Positions 49,701 to 62,838 of a stretch of DNA of 64,000 nt are shown piece by piece. A model generated the notes under the pieces. It was not told where the DNA came from, did no database searches, and saw only the letters and a program-made list of their open reading frames with translations. The stretch comes from Mobula hypostoma. Taxonomy: Eukaryota. A program made the translations under genes and the position numbers. Location of the stretch: the NCBI RefSeq assembly GCF_963921235.1, contig NC_086109.1, forward strand, positions 27,964,001 through 28,028,000, given 5' to 3'. The first letter of the stretch is position 1. Each line of letters starts with the position of its first letter.

Positions 49701-51879
49701 GTTGTTAGGGTGAGGATTCAGTGTCACTGCAAAACTCAATGACAGATGCCCTCCCCCAGTGAAGCCTTCTGTCTTCAGTCAATGGGGTCACAGCCTTTCT
49801 CTGATTGTTCAATTCTTAAAGACTTTCTGAATTATTCATTGCCTGGACCTTACCACCAAGGGGTCACCCTACCAGGAGTGTTAAGCCCCAACTGTCATCA
49901 CTCTTACGGCCATTGTTATACACAAACCTCTTCATCGTTGCAATGAAACAGAGAGACTTGACTTTGATGTAAAAAAATGCATTTTACTCAGTATTCGCAA
50001 TGACACAAGTTTCTATTTGTCATCACTCACTTTACATTTATTTACAAGATTATATTTATTTACAAAATTCATATTTTGTCCAAATTGCATGAACATTTCA
50101 TTCCCAAACATTTTGTCAGGAATACTGTATGTCTGACATTTTTTTTTAAACACAATGTTTAGCATCAAGAGGCTTCAAACCGTCACCTGTCCCAAAAAGA
50201 TGGCACCAAACTTTAGTACATCCCCTAAAGTGTGGTGCCGAAATACCTCTGTCTTTGATATTCAGTTACAGACAGCCCCTTGCACTGGAAGAACGGCGGA
50301 ATTCAGGTAGACTAAAGTGCATTGAGTTTGTGTGTCTGTTATCTTGGCAATGCTAACATTTATAATATGCAGGGTGGTTATAGTTTGCCCCTGGGTAATC
50401 AACAAATCAGTTTCACAAAATCCACATTGTAGACTACATGACCGATGTCATATCTTTCCATCAAAAAATGAGTCCCAACATTGATGAGTAATGACAGATC
50501 TATCAGCACTTTTAACCACCATCTGAGACAGTACAAGTGACTCTCACATTATGGGAAGTGTCATACCCCTACAAAAAGAACTGTATTATGACTTTCTGTA
50601 ACATGAAACCACTTCGTCTGCGCACGTGACAAAAAGCACCAGTTGAAAATAAATAAATTTATCTATTAGCTGCTTTTCTACATACATTCCATGAGACTAT
50701 ATTTCGTTCTGTACTCAAGTTTTTGGTTAGTGATTTGTGAATTCTGAAAGGTTGAATTCTTGTTACCCAAATGGCCAAAATCTGGGAATACCCTTATATA
50801 AAAAATTAAATTGAACAGTGAAATTGGTGTATTTAATATCCACACGTGTTAATGATTCGAACACAAATAAAGTAATAAAATTGTGTGTCTTTTTTACCAT
50901 TGTTCTCAAGGAGCACTTTTCATATCAGACCATTTATCTTTCTATGTGGTGTTTACCAATTTAATACTTTCAATTCAATTAGAAGAAAAGTGAAATGAAG
51001 GTATTACACATGTGTACAGTATATCATCTTTTATAACCTTTAGATTAGGGTGTTTCAAAGTAATTAACAATTTCAACGTCCTCATTGTTATAATGCATGT
51101 AACAGGCCTGCAAATGTGTATGAAACAACACTCAAAAATAGTAACAAAAATTTGATAGACAAACTATTTCAGTGATGAAGACTAGGGGAAAAAATACCTT
51201 ACTGTCAAATATTGAGATAAGAAGTTGTACCACTTAACAAGGGGCTAAGGTTGGTTCAGTTCCTTGGGGAGAAGATGTGACCTCAGATGGTGCAGCACTT
51301 CAGCATTAATTTGCTGAACTGTCAGCTAAAATTATGAACCGAAAACTTCTGTGTGAAATTGAAGAATGACCTCTGGCAAAATTGCCACTTCTAAATCATG
51401 ACACAGATTGGCTGTCAATCCATTTGGGTGGACAGCACAGTCCATAAATAACGATCAAACTGAATGCTTACCATAATTTTTATCTCTAAATTACCTTTTT
51501 ATTTGTTTTATTGGTTTATTATCATCACATGCACAGGGATACAGAGAAAAATTTCTGTTTGCATGCCATCTGTACAGATCATGTATTACATCGAGGTAGT
51601 AAAAAGAAAACAGAATGCAGAATATGGTATTGTTGTTATAGAGGAAAAGCAGTACGAATAGACAAATAAAGTATGAGAGCCACAATGAGTTTGATTGGCA
51701 AGTTCAAAGTTCTGCTATTACCTTCATTCTCCCTCTATAGTGCATGCTGTATATTCTCCTATTATAACCAAGCTAAGCAATGAATCCTGTATGTAACGAA
51801 AACATTTTAAAAAGTCAATCCTGCTTTGAATTTCACTAAATGATATTTCAAAATACATTATTTTCTGATAAAGAAGATG

Positions 51880-52270
51880 TCACCGCACGCTGTCGGAGCA
51901 GTGCTGCCAGGATGATCAAGGACACGACCCACCCAGCCAACACACTTTTCGTCCCTCTTCCCTCCGGGAGAAGGCTCAGGAGCTTGAAGACTCATACGGC
52001 CAGATTTGGGAACAGCTTCTTTCCAACTGCGATAAGACTGCTGAATGGATCCTGACCCAGATCTGGGCCGTACCCTCCAAATACCCGGACCTGCCTCTCG
52101 GTTTTTTTCGCACTACCTTACTTCCACTTTTCTATTTTCTATCTATGATTTATAATTTAAATTTTTATTATATTTACTATCGATTTGTACTCCAGGGAGC
52201 ATGAAGTGCAGAATCAAATATTGCTGTGATGATTGTATGCTCTAGTATCAATTGTACAATAAAGTACAGT
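51880..52270 (+). mobile_element. Young Rex1/Babar-type LINE 3' end
   Basis: ARCRSSAARMIKDTTHPANTLFVPLPSGRRLRSLKTHTARFGNSFFPTAIRLLN, then AATAAAG. Confidence 0.8.
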
Positions 52271-52392
52271 AATAATAATAAAGAACAAAAAGTTGAAAGA
52301 AACATAGAAAATAGACACAGCAGTAAAACCATTTGACCCTTTGAGTCTGCCCTGCCATTTAGTATGTTTACGGCTAATTATATTGATTAAGT

Positions 52393-53165
52393 AGACACAC
52401 GAGTGACTGCAGACGCTGGAATCCAGAGCAACAATCTGCTGGTGGAACTCCACGGGCCAAGCAGCATCTGCGGGAGGTGAAGAAATTGTCAACATTTCAC
52501 ACTGAAAACCTGCACCTGGAGAGGGGAGATGGTAGCTATCAAGTGGAGAGGGATCAGAATGAGTCAGCAGCCAGAGGAAATTGGTGGACCAAGGAGGTTG
52601 AAGGATGGTAGGCAGATCATGCAAAGTCGATCAAACCAAGGTAAAGGATAAAGCTGATAGATAGAGGTAGGTGACTGGAGCCTGATAAAACAAAATGCAA
52701 ATGGAGCCAGGAGTGAGAGGGGAGGGTGAAGCTTGGAAGGTGATAAGTAGAAACACAAAGGTCAGCAGGGCAGCATCTGATAATATAGGAAGATGATTCC
52801 TTTTCCAACACTCCCACAGTGCCACCCACTACTGTATCCAAACCGGCTTTGCCTTTCTTCCTTTTCTTAAATCTGCCTCGAACTAGCATCTACCTACCTC
52901 TCTCTCCTTTCTCAATCATCTACCCCTCCCCTACCTGGTTCAATCCACCATCATCTTTCAGCCCTCCTCAGTTCTCCAAATTTCTCTGGCTTCTGTCTCA
53001 CCACTCCTTGTCTTCTTGATGCTAGCTATTTCTTCAACCACAACCCCCACTCTTGGTGCTTGTGCAGGGTTTTGATCAGAGACATCAACAAATCCTTTCC
53101 AGCAACTCCTCCCATGCAACAGATACAGCTTCATTCACTGAGTCTTCCAGCAGACTGTTTGTTGC
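52393..53165. mobile_element. Old Penelope-like fragments in inverted arrangement
   Basis: AGACACACGAGTGACTGCAGACGCTGGAATC left arm (purine-rich) facing a pyrimidine-rich right arm that ends TTCCAGCAGACTGTTTGTTGC. Confidence 0.55.
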
Positions 53166-53269
53166 ATTCAGATTAAGTACTATCTTCCAACAATTCCCCT
53201 TATCCCTTAATCTTGTCATCCCAAAGACAAATATCTTTCTGAAACATATTTGATTATTTTGATTCAACT

Positions 53270-54060
53270 GCTTTCTATAGTAGAGAAACTCACAGATTCG
53301 CCATATTCTAGGTTAAGAAATGTCTTCGAAGATAACCCCTGTTCCTAAAGTTCCTGGACATCAGGAGCATCCTTCCTGCACCTAATCTGGCCAGTCCTAA
53401 GAGAACAGTTTAGGTTTCTATGAGATCCCTCTCATTCTTCTGAACTGCAAAGAATATCAGCATAATTGATTCCATCTCTCTTCAGATGTCATCCCTGTCA
53501 CCTCATAAATCAGCCTGTTGAACTTTCGCTGAGATCCCCTTAAATAGCAAGAACATTCTTCCACAGAGAAGGAGACTCAAAATGCACACAATGCTGAAGT
53601 TTGTTGTTTAATCAAAACCCTGTACAACTGCATTAAGGCATCCATGCTCCTCCAGTCAAATCCTCTGAATATGAATGAAGGGATACAAGTTGCCTTTATA
53701 ATCCCTGCTGTGTTGTCTTTCATACTTTCAGCAACTGGTGCACAAGACAAGCAGATTTGTTGGGTCACCAGCTTTTGCAACCTTTCACGTTTTAGATAAT
53801 AATCCACCTTCCTATTTTACACTGCATCTGTCAAGTATCTGCCCACTCCTTCAACTTGTCTAAATCAAGCTGGAGTTTCTCTGCAGCTTCCTCAAGGCAG
53901 ATTTGGTTTATGTTCAAATATGCGGGTATATATCGAACTCCTTCCTCCAAATCATTAATATGCTTTGGAAATAACTGGGGTCTCAGCACCAGTCACTGTG
54001 GTGCCCATTGGTCACTACCTGCCACTCAGCAAAAGACACGCTTATTTTTACTCTTCGTTC
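53270..54060 (-). mobile_element. Decayed CR1 fragment
   Basis: CCCTCTCATTCTTCTGAACT and CAAAATGCACACAATGCT CR1-like motifs. Confidence 0.55.
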
Positions 54061-54721
54061 CTGTCAGCCACCACAACTACTCCTCAATTCCAACAAAAGC
54101 TGAAATAGTTTTGAAATACAGAAATGGATAAAAATATATTTCATGATAAAGACAAATCATTCGATCATTTCACACTTTTTTGTTGATATTGTCTACTGCA
54201 CTTCACACACAAAATGATAATCTACCTTTTTCTTCTTGGCGCTAACTGCCAAACTATTCATTTCCAGAATTTCCATTTCATTAAAGATTTTTGGCGTTCA
54301 TAGGGTCTTATTTTAGATGCACATAGAATGTCAATGATTAAAAATATTCAGATCACTGCTCATTGGCCATCATGAACCCAAAATGAAACCAAAATAAAGA
54401 AGACATTTATTCAACTTTGAACATGCAAGATTTGCTTTTTCTCTTCAATTTCATCGGAGATAGGCAGACCTATGTTCACCACATCTTTTATATACTGAAA
54501 AGGGATTTATTTCTCAGGGTGATCTGAGGGGCAATGGTTAGGGCTGTTTCCTCACATCTCAGGTGGGGATATCCTGTGGGTATCTTTGTTTCTGCCCACA
54601 TCCAGGTATTCTTGCAACTGTGAATATTTTACTAATTTACCACAACATAGTAGCAATCGAGTCCAGCCAACAGAATAACTCCATGAGTCACATTTTCCTT
54701 CTTGCTCTACTCCATATGTTG

Positions 54722-55475
54722 TTCTACAACATAACATCATACTTAAGCCACTGGCCCATCAAGTCTGCTCCACCAGTTCATCATTGCTGATCCATTTCCC
54801 CCTCAGCCCCAATCACCTGCCCTCTTCCTGTATCCCTTCATGCCCTGCCTAATCAAGAATCTATACAGTCAATGATTTGGCCTCCACAGCTGCCTATAAC
54901 AAAGAATTCCACAGCTTCACCATTCTCTGGCTAAAAAAATCCCTCCTCCCCTCTGTTCTAAATTGACTTCCCTCTATTCTGAGGCTGTCTCCTCTGGTCT
55001 TAGTCTCCCCTACCATAGAAACATCCTCTCCTAATCTACTCTATCGGGGCCTTTCAGCCTTTGATTGGTTTAAATGAGATTCCCCCCTCATCCTCCTGAA
55101 TTCCAGAGAGAACAGGCAGAGAGCCATCAAACGCTCCTCATATGATAAGCCTCTCAATCCCAGAATCATTTTTGTGAACCTTTTGAATCCTCTCCAGTGT
55201 CAGCACATCTTAAGATAAGGAGCACAAAACTGATCACAGTACTCCAAATGAGGCTTCACCAGTGCCTTGTAAAGCCTTAACATTACATCCTTGCTTTTAT
55301 ATTCTAACCCTCTCAAAATGAACGCTAACATTGCATTTGCCTTCCTCACCACTGACTCAACCTACAAATTAACCTCCAGGGAATCCTGCACGAGGACTCC
55401 CAAGTCACTTTGCACTTCAGATTTTTGAATTTTCTCTCCATTTAGAAAATAGTCTACGTGATTATTTCTTCCACC
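54722..55475 (-). mobile_element. CR1 LINE 3' fragment
   Basis: Homologous to 43000-43680 (GGAATCCTGCACGAGGACTCCCAAGTC). Confidence 0.8.
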
Positions 55476-56149
55476 ATACTCATCAACTCTACTTTGATTC
55501 TTGTATCACTTACCTCCAACTAAGGCATAATATACTATAGCCTTTTAACCTACAGCACCACATTTAGTATGTGGGAGGAAACAAAAGTACCCAATGGAAA
55601 GTCCCACCAGAGCGGCAAGACAACAGTCTGAATTGGCACTTTCTATACCACCCCAGAAATGACAATGGAAGTAAACGAACGAGAACACCACCTGACAATG
55701 CAGTCTTCCCTGCTCTTCCTTATGATCACGATTTTACCTAAACTACATATATCCAGTCTGAGAAATATAAAGACACAGGAGACAGTCGATACTGTTATCT
55801 GGATGGGAAAAAAACAACTTCTTGGGTATCTCAGTGGCTTGAATAGCAACGATGAAGACAAAGGGCTCGTTGGCATTTTCAAGTCGGGACCCTGCAATGG
55901 CTCTGATAGACAGTCCCAGCCTGAAATAACCATGATCCCTTTTCCTCTGTAGGTCTTGCTCTATCTACTGAGTTCCTCTAGCAGTGTGTCTTTTACTCAA
56001 GAAATAAAACATTGGTCTACATGAGTGCAGTAAATATTTTACATGGAATGAATATTGTCTATACTTTGAAGAACTTTGATTGTAGTTAGTTATACACACA
56101 CACACACACACACACACTTTATATACATCCTCTTGAAATTTATATAGTT

Positions 56150-56668
56150 AGGGTGCCTAAGACTTTTGCACAGTACTGTAGTAATTTTGTGTATTGCAAT
56201 GTACTGCTGCCACAAAAAAAAACACAAATTTCATGACATGTGAGTGATGGTAAACCTGATTCTGATATGGGTCTCTATCATGGATTGAGAGTGGGAAGGA
56301 GGGGAGGGAGAGGGGAATTATGGTTGGGAAAAGGGGAAGGGAGAGGAAAGGCAGTGGGAAGCCACAGACACATTCTGTAATGATCAATAATCCAATTGTT
56401 TGGAATAAAATGACCTTGCCTGCTGTCTCAGGGCTGGGTGAGCCTGCACCAGCACTCCCACCACCCACCACCCCAGCACTCCTTCTCAGCCACCTGCCCC
56501 ACACCCCTCTCGCGGTGCTCCACCATCACCATTCCCTACATCCTTTGCTCTTGCCAGATTTACAAACTCGCTCTCTACTCCACGTCGACAAACAGAGCAC
56601 TATGCAAAAGTCTTGGGCACCATAGCTACATATTGTACATGTGCCCAAGACTTTACCACAGTACTCTA
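56150..56668. mobile_element. Tc1-like non-autonomous composite repeat
   Basis: GGGTGCCTAAGACTTTTGCACAGTACTGTA, and a terminal mini-hairpin GCAAAAGTCTTGGGCAC...GTGCCCAAGACTTT. Homologous to 17400-17752. Confidence 0.65.
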
Positions 56669-57479
56669 TTAATTATATAGTACCATAAAAATGTATAGTG
56701 GGGACAACAGTTACATTACATTAAGCCATATTCCAATGCTCTAATGGACACGCAAACTGACAACCACAGCATAGTTAACACTTACTTAAACTCTCACTAA
56801 ATCTGCAGTTAGTTATTGAGACAGTACAGGTGTTGAAAAGTCACTACTGCTTAATCTTTGCCACTGTGAACAGCTGTTCAAGGGATGAACAGCAACAGTT
56901 TAATAATTAAGGTAAATCATGTAATAGCACATTAGTAATTGGTTTACATATCAGTCATGACAAATTCAAACATCCCTTAGTCAGTTCTTTCATTGTCGTA
57001 TTTATCGGCCTGGGTTCTGCAAGGTTAAGTGTGTTATTCTTTGAAATTTAATCTCACACTAGAGAATATGTGTAACATCATCCCTCTGTTTTCTTACTAT
57101 TTAGTGAATTGGAAAGACATTTTACCTCCTATTAAGTAGGTTATTTCTATCCATAAGATCACTAATTCAGTTACTCTTCCTGTAGTTTTTCCTTTCCGAG
57201 CTGGTAGAAAAAGAAACCTCCAACCACTAAAATATCCCTAACATCACATCAGAAGAACTGTGGTATCAAAAGTAGTACTGCTATTATATTTTCATGAGTA
57301 GGTTCTTTCAACAATATCATGTGGAGCCATGTAGTCACTATCATAATAAATGATGCTCAAAGTGTCACCATACACAGAATATTTGGGGTTTTATAAGGAA
57401 AGCATTCTACAATTTTAAATATGTAAGGAATTATTATGAACTACACATCATTATTTCCAGTCAATAAAACTGTTTCATT

Positions 57480-58740
57480 ACTCTAAACCAATCAATGTGA
57501 ATGGCAATGAGGCTTTGCTCCCAGATGAGCTCAATGCCTTTTATGCTCACTTTGACCATCCGAACATGGAGGTACCGTCCCAAATTCCCACAGCCCCCAA
57601 GAATCCTGTGATCTCAGTCTCTGAGGCTAACGTGAGGCCATGTTTTAGGAGTGTGAATCCATGAAAAAAAAAGACCAGCTGGCCAACTACTGAAGACGTG
57701 TGCTAATCATCTGGCTGGAGTGTTTACAGACATCTTCAATTTCTTGCTTCGGCAGTGTGACATACCCACCTGCTTCAAGTAGAGATCAATCATACCAGTG
57801 CCTAAGAAGTACTTGGCAACCTGCCTCAATAATTATCATCCAGTTGCACTTCCATCCACTGCGATGAAGTGCTTTGAGAGTTTGTCATGAGGCACACCAT
57901 CTCCAGACTGAGGAAGGACCTGGATTCACTCCTATTTGCACCAGATGTAATTTCATCGTCCATTCACTCAGCTCTGGAGCAACAGGACAATGAAGATGCA
58001 CAAATCAAAATGTTCTTCATTGACCATAACTCAGCATTCAACTCTATCATCCTCTTGAAAATCATCACCAAGCTCCAAGATTTGGGCCTCAGTACTTCTC
58101 TGTGCAACTGGATCCTCAATTTTCTCATTGGCAGACCTCAGTATGGATTGGCAACAACATCTCCTCCACACTCACCATCAGCACAGATTCACCACAGGGC
58201 TGAGTGCTTAGCTCCTGTACAACTCATTTTATATTTATTACTGAGTACAGCTCCAATGCTGCATTTAGGTACGTTGAAGAAATCTCTATAGTTGGTCAAA
58301 TCAAAGGTAGTGACAAATTGGAATACAAGAGGGAGACTGCAAAACTAATTGAGTGGTGTCACAACAACCTCACTTTCAGCGTCAGCAAAACCAAAGAAAT
58401 GATTATCGACAACAGGAGGAAGAAGCTAGTCCATGAGCCAGCCCTCATTAGGGGATTTGAGGTGAAGAGTGTCAACAATTTTCACAATTTCCTTGGGTGC
58501 TGACATATCAAGGGATCGGTCCTGGAAACAGCAGATAAAGCGACATCACAAAGAAGGCATGATAGTGCCTTTACTTTCTTAGAAGTATCTGTTTATTTTG
58601 GCATGTGATCAAAAGCTTTAACAAACTTCTATAGATGCACAGTGAAATGCATTCTAACTAGTTGTATCACAGCCTGGTGTGGAAACACCGGTGCCCAGGA
58701 AAGGAAAAGCAACAAAAATTGATGGATACAGCCCAGTCCA
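57480..58740 (+). mobile_element. Rex1/Babar-type LINE RT region, decayed
   Basis: MFFIDHNSAFNSII..KLQDLGLSTSLCNWILNFLIGRPQ and LIEWCHNNLTFSVSKTKEMIID. Confidence 0.75.
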
Positions 58741-58989
58741 GTACCGGAATCAGGTTTAATATCACTGGCATACATCTTGAAATATGTTGTTTTGTGGCAG
58801 CAGTACATTGCTATACATAAAAAAAACTATAAATTACTAATATATACAGTGGATTCTGGTTAATTTGGGCCACCGGTTAATTAGGGCAACCACTTACTTG
58901 GGATAGTAGACTGTTGCTGAACAGTTTCTAACTAGTGTTAGTCACGTGCACTTGTGTGGCCATCAGACACTATGTCATGATTAGACTCG

Positions 58990-60500
58990 ACTTCCCCTTC
59001 CTGAAGTCCACAATTAATTCCTTGGTCTTATTGACGCTGTGTGCAAGGATTTGTTTCGACACCACTCAACCTGTTGATCTATGTTGATCCTCTACACCTT
59101 CTCATCAACATCTGATATTCTGCCAACAATACTGGTCTCATCGGAAAACTTAAAGATGAAGTTTGTGCTGTGTCTAGCCACACAGCCGTGGGTATTGAGA
59201 GCAGTGAGCTAAGCACATATCCTTGAGCTGTGCCAGTGTTGATTGTCAGCAAGGAGGAGATATTATTTCTGATCTGCACTGACTGTTGCCTCCTGAAGAG
59301 AAAGTCAAGAATCCAGTTACAAAAGGTAGAACAGAGATCCAAGTTTGTTGGTTAGCACTGAGAGTATGACGGTATTGAATGCTCAGCTGTAATCCATAAA
59401 TAAAAGCCTACTATAGGTATTGTTATTGTACAGGTGATCCAAGGCCAAGTGGGATTGGATCTGCTCTAGACCTACTGGGGTGATAGGCAAATTGTAGGAG
59501 GTCCAGATCTTTGCTTTGGCAGGAGTTGATTCTGGCCAGGACCAACCTCTCAAAGGTGTAAGTGAAACTGGGTGACAGTCACTGAGGCAGCTCACCCTGC
59601 TCTTCTTCAGCACTGGTATGATTGTCACCCATTTGAAGCAGATGGGAACCTCCAAATGCATCAGTAAGAGATTGAAGATGTCCATGAACACTCCTGCTAG
59701 TTGGTTGACATAGGACTTCAATGCCCTACTAGGTACACCATCCAGGCACGATGAATTACGAGGGTTCACCCTCACGAAAGATGTTCTGACATTGGCCACT
59801 GGGTCAGAGATTACAGGGTCACCAGATGCTACAAGGATTCACACAGTTGTACTTGTAGTCTCCCTTTCAAAGAGTGCATTAAATTCATTTACCTCGTCTG
59901 GGAGTGAAACATCACAAACAGTCATGTTAGTTGTTAGGGAGTGCTGTTTCATGACTGTTGGTCACAATACACAGCTTCTCCAGTACATGCCTGATGTTGG
60001 CCTGAGATGGAATGAACACTGCTACAAGGATGATGGCAAAAACTCTCTCAATAGATATAATGGACAACACTTGACCAGTAGGTGTTCCAGGTTGTGTGAG
60101 CAGGAATGAGATAGAACTGTCATGTCTATGAACCACAGAGTTACCCGTGCAACACACTCCCCTGCCTCTACTTTTTAAAAGACTTAACTGACCTGTCTTT
60201 GTGGTGAATGGTGAAGCCATCAGGCGGCAGCAGTGCATTTGAAATGGTGGGAGTGAGCCATGTTTCCATGAAGCAAAGTACACAGCAGCCGCTGATGTCT
60301 CTCTGGTAAGGCAATCTTGCTCTGAAGTCATCAATATTATTTTCTAGAGACTGTACATTCACCAGCAAGATAACTGAGAGTGGGGGTCTAAAGCCTCTAC
60401 ACTTCAATCATACCTGTTGCCCAACATGCCTTCCCCATTTCCGTTTTCTCAAATGGGAACTGCACTCACAACTTGAGTCTGCTGATCAAGTTTCTTCAAT
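58990..60500 (-). mobile_element. Rex1/Babar-type LINE (APE + RT remnants), decayed
   Basis: LLVNVQSLENNIDDFRARL...CVLCFMETWL, DGVPSRALKSYVNQLAGVFMDIFNL, CNWILDFL. Confidence 0.8.
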
Positions 60501-60942
60501 TTTGAGGAACGATATATTTTTTTAAACATCTCAAAAATGATGTTGCTTACTGCAATGGAGTCAAAGCTCTCCCCTACACTGAGTACATTTACATGGAGTG
60601 CTGCCACAAGAAAGCAGCATCTATCAAAGACCCACCACCATGCCTTCTTCTCACTACTACCATCGGGCGGGCAGGAAGTACAGAAGCATTAGCTCCTGTA
60701 CCACTAGGATGTCAACAGTACTGCCTGACCTATTTGTATTATAGATTTTAATTTACCAGTTATTTTCTCTATTCCAAAATGTTCTATCAACAGGGACAAA
60801 TTGTCAAACCATACCAGGGAGCTTTGAAATGACATCACCAAACTGCCATCTCTTTCTAAAAAGGATAAAGATTTTGTTCCCCGTTTGAAGAATCAAAATG
60901 AAGTCTGATTATTGAAAGAGGCCATTACAATATCTGCTAATG

Positions 60943-61122
60943 CAGTGGTCCCCAACATCCAGGCCGCGGACTGACACATTGCCGCGAAGCATGCAGGGGG
61001 TGCAGCGGTAGCTGGGACACAGCCAGCACATCTTTAAGAAAAAAGCCGAAATAAACAAGCTAATTAATCAGTTGCCACCCGTCACGTAAATGCGGCCCAG
61101 ATCAGAGGCGACGCAATCGGCA
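60943..61122 (+). mobile_element. hAT (Charlie-like) terminal fragment
   Basis: CAGTGGTCCCCAAC...GGCCGCGGAC start, CpG-rich. The other end was not found. Confidence 0.45.
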
Positions 61123-61129
61123 ATACAGG

Positions 61130-61365
61130 CGTTGGTGTTCGGAGTTCAAATCCGATGTCATGTGTAAGGAGTTTATACGTCCTTCCCATGAATGTGTGGG
61201 TTTGCTCCTGCTGCTCACATTCCAACACACTAGTCAGTAGATTATTTGCTCACTGCAAATTGTCCCGTGATTAGGCTTGGGTTAAATAGGTGGGTTGGTG
61301 GGTGGTGCAGCTCGTTGGGTCAGAAGGGCCTGTCCCTCACTGTATTTCTCAATCAATCAATCAAT
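61130..61365 (+). mobile_element. V-SINE (HE1-like)
   Basis: GAGTTCAAATCC B-box, TGTAAGGAGTTTATACGTCCTTCCC...GTGGGTTT, (AATC)n tail. Confidence 0.65.
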
Positions 61366-62367
61366 ATTTAAGTAAGACAATCCCAAATATCACATGAAAG
61401 TAAGTTCAGACAAATTCCCATAAGGTGTTTGATGGGAATGGGGTTTGCGATAAGCAGAGTTTAAGTGGCTGGAAATTTTACATAATGCAAGTGTGCTTTG
61501 GTCTTGGTAGATCAGTGTTTCCTGGAAGACAGGGAGGCACTGATCAGCCCAACTGTGCATCTGGATACTTTTAGATTACTTGAACCTAGTACAATCTCAA
61601 AAGTTTTGATCAACCATGCAAAAGGTAAATGCACCAAGATCAAAGGAACATCATACATGACATGGTTTGAGGACCATTATGATGTGGTGGGAAAAGTGGA
61701 AGCCTACTTAGAGATGTTCAAACAATGAGCAGTGGGAGACAGCACGTATCTAGGAAACAGTTGCATACTACAAGAGGAGAGAATGAACTGAATTGTATTA
61801 GCATAGATGCTTCCAACCAAGTCACTAATGCAATTTGGCTTCATATACAGCAGTGAATTAATCTCTATCAGTTACAGATTTAATGAATGTGTCAGTGTTG
61901 ACATGATAGATGGACCATTCACGCTGACAGCTTTTAATTATTCATTTGGAAATTCAATTTGGTCACCTTGGAAACTGAATAATGGCACTAACATGTTATT
62001 TCCCAACTAAAACATGACCTATGTGGCACAATGTCGTTTTGAAGATTTTGTTTTATCATTAACCCAATCTACTTAGTTCATAGTTTTAGTAGCAGATCCT
62101 CCATAAGATTTATATACTTCTGAACAGAGGAGTCTGAACAAGAACAATGATGCCAAACGTTATCTAACACACATTTCTGGCACCACTTTGACAAAATTCA
62201 TTTGTACTTACATGGCTTGCAAGTAGTGCAAACCACTTAGAGAGAAGGAAGACTTCACAGTATATGTGGGATCCGCTTCAGCAAAACTTAAAAGTGACCA
62301 GCTTGATTAGATCCTTTATGTGGGGTCTAATGTCATACCAAATATTTTAATTCTGATTCCTGCTTCA

Positions 62368-62838
62368 ACATGCCAGTCCATGGCCTCCTCTTATGCCAAG
62401 ATGAGGCTGCCCGTAAAGTGGAGGAGCAACACCTTTATATTCCATCTGGGTAGCCTCTAACCTGATGGCATGAATATTGATCATTTCTTCCAGTATTTTT
62501 CCCTTCCTCTTCTCCTCTTCTATTTCCCACTCCGGCCTTTTACCTCTCCTCACCACCTGCCCATCACTTCCCCCGGGTCCTCTTCTACTTCCCTTTCTCC
62601 TACGGTCCACTGTTCTCTCCTTCTTCTCCACCCGTTTATCTTTCTCATCCACCTGGCTTCATCTATTACCTTCTAGCTAGCCTCTTTCCCCTCTCCCCAC
62701 CCCCACCTTTTTATTCTGGCATCTTCCCCCTTCCTTTTCAGTCCTGAAGAAGGGTCTTGGCCTGAAACGTTGACTGTTTATTCATTTTCTTAGATGCTGT
62801 CCGACCTGCTGAGTTCCTCCAGCATATTGTGTGTGCTG
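62368..62838 (+). mobile_element. Penelope-like element 3' end
   Basis: TTCCATCTGGGTAGCCTCTAACCTGATGGCATGAATATTGA (GIY-YIG C-terminus), a pyrimidine tract, and a hammerhead motif. Confidence 0.8.
62740..62775 (+). ncRNA. Minimal hammerhead ribozyme (Penelope-type), core retained
   Basis: AGTC-CTGAAGA-A-GGGTCTTGGCCT-GAAA-CG-TT/-GACT. G-U closing pair in stem II, GUU cleavage triplet. Confidence 0.65.

Noticed and set aside
49134..49739. 201-aa ORF as a host gene
   Set aside because: No splice or promoter support, and it resembles a frameshifted RTE-like endonuclease remnant.
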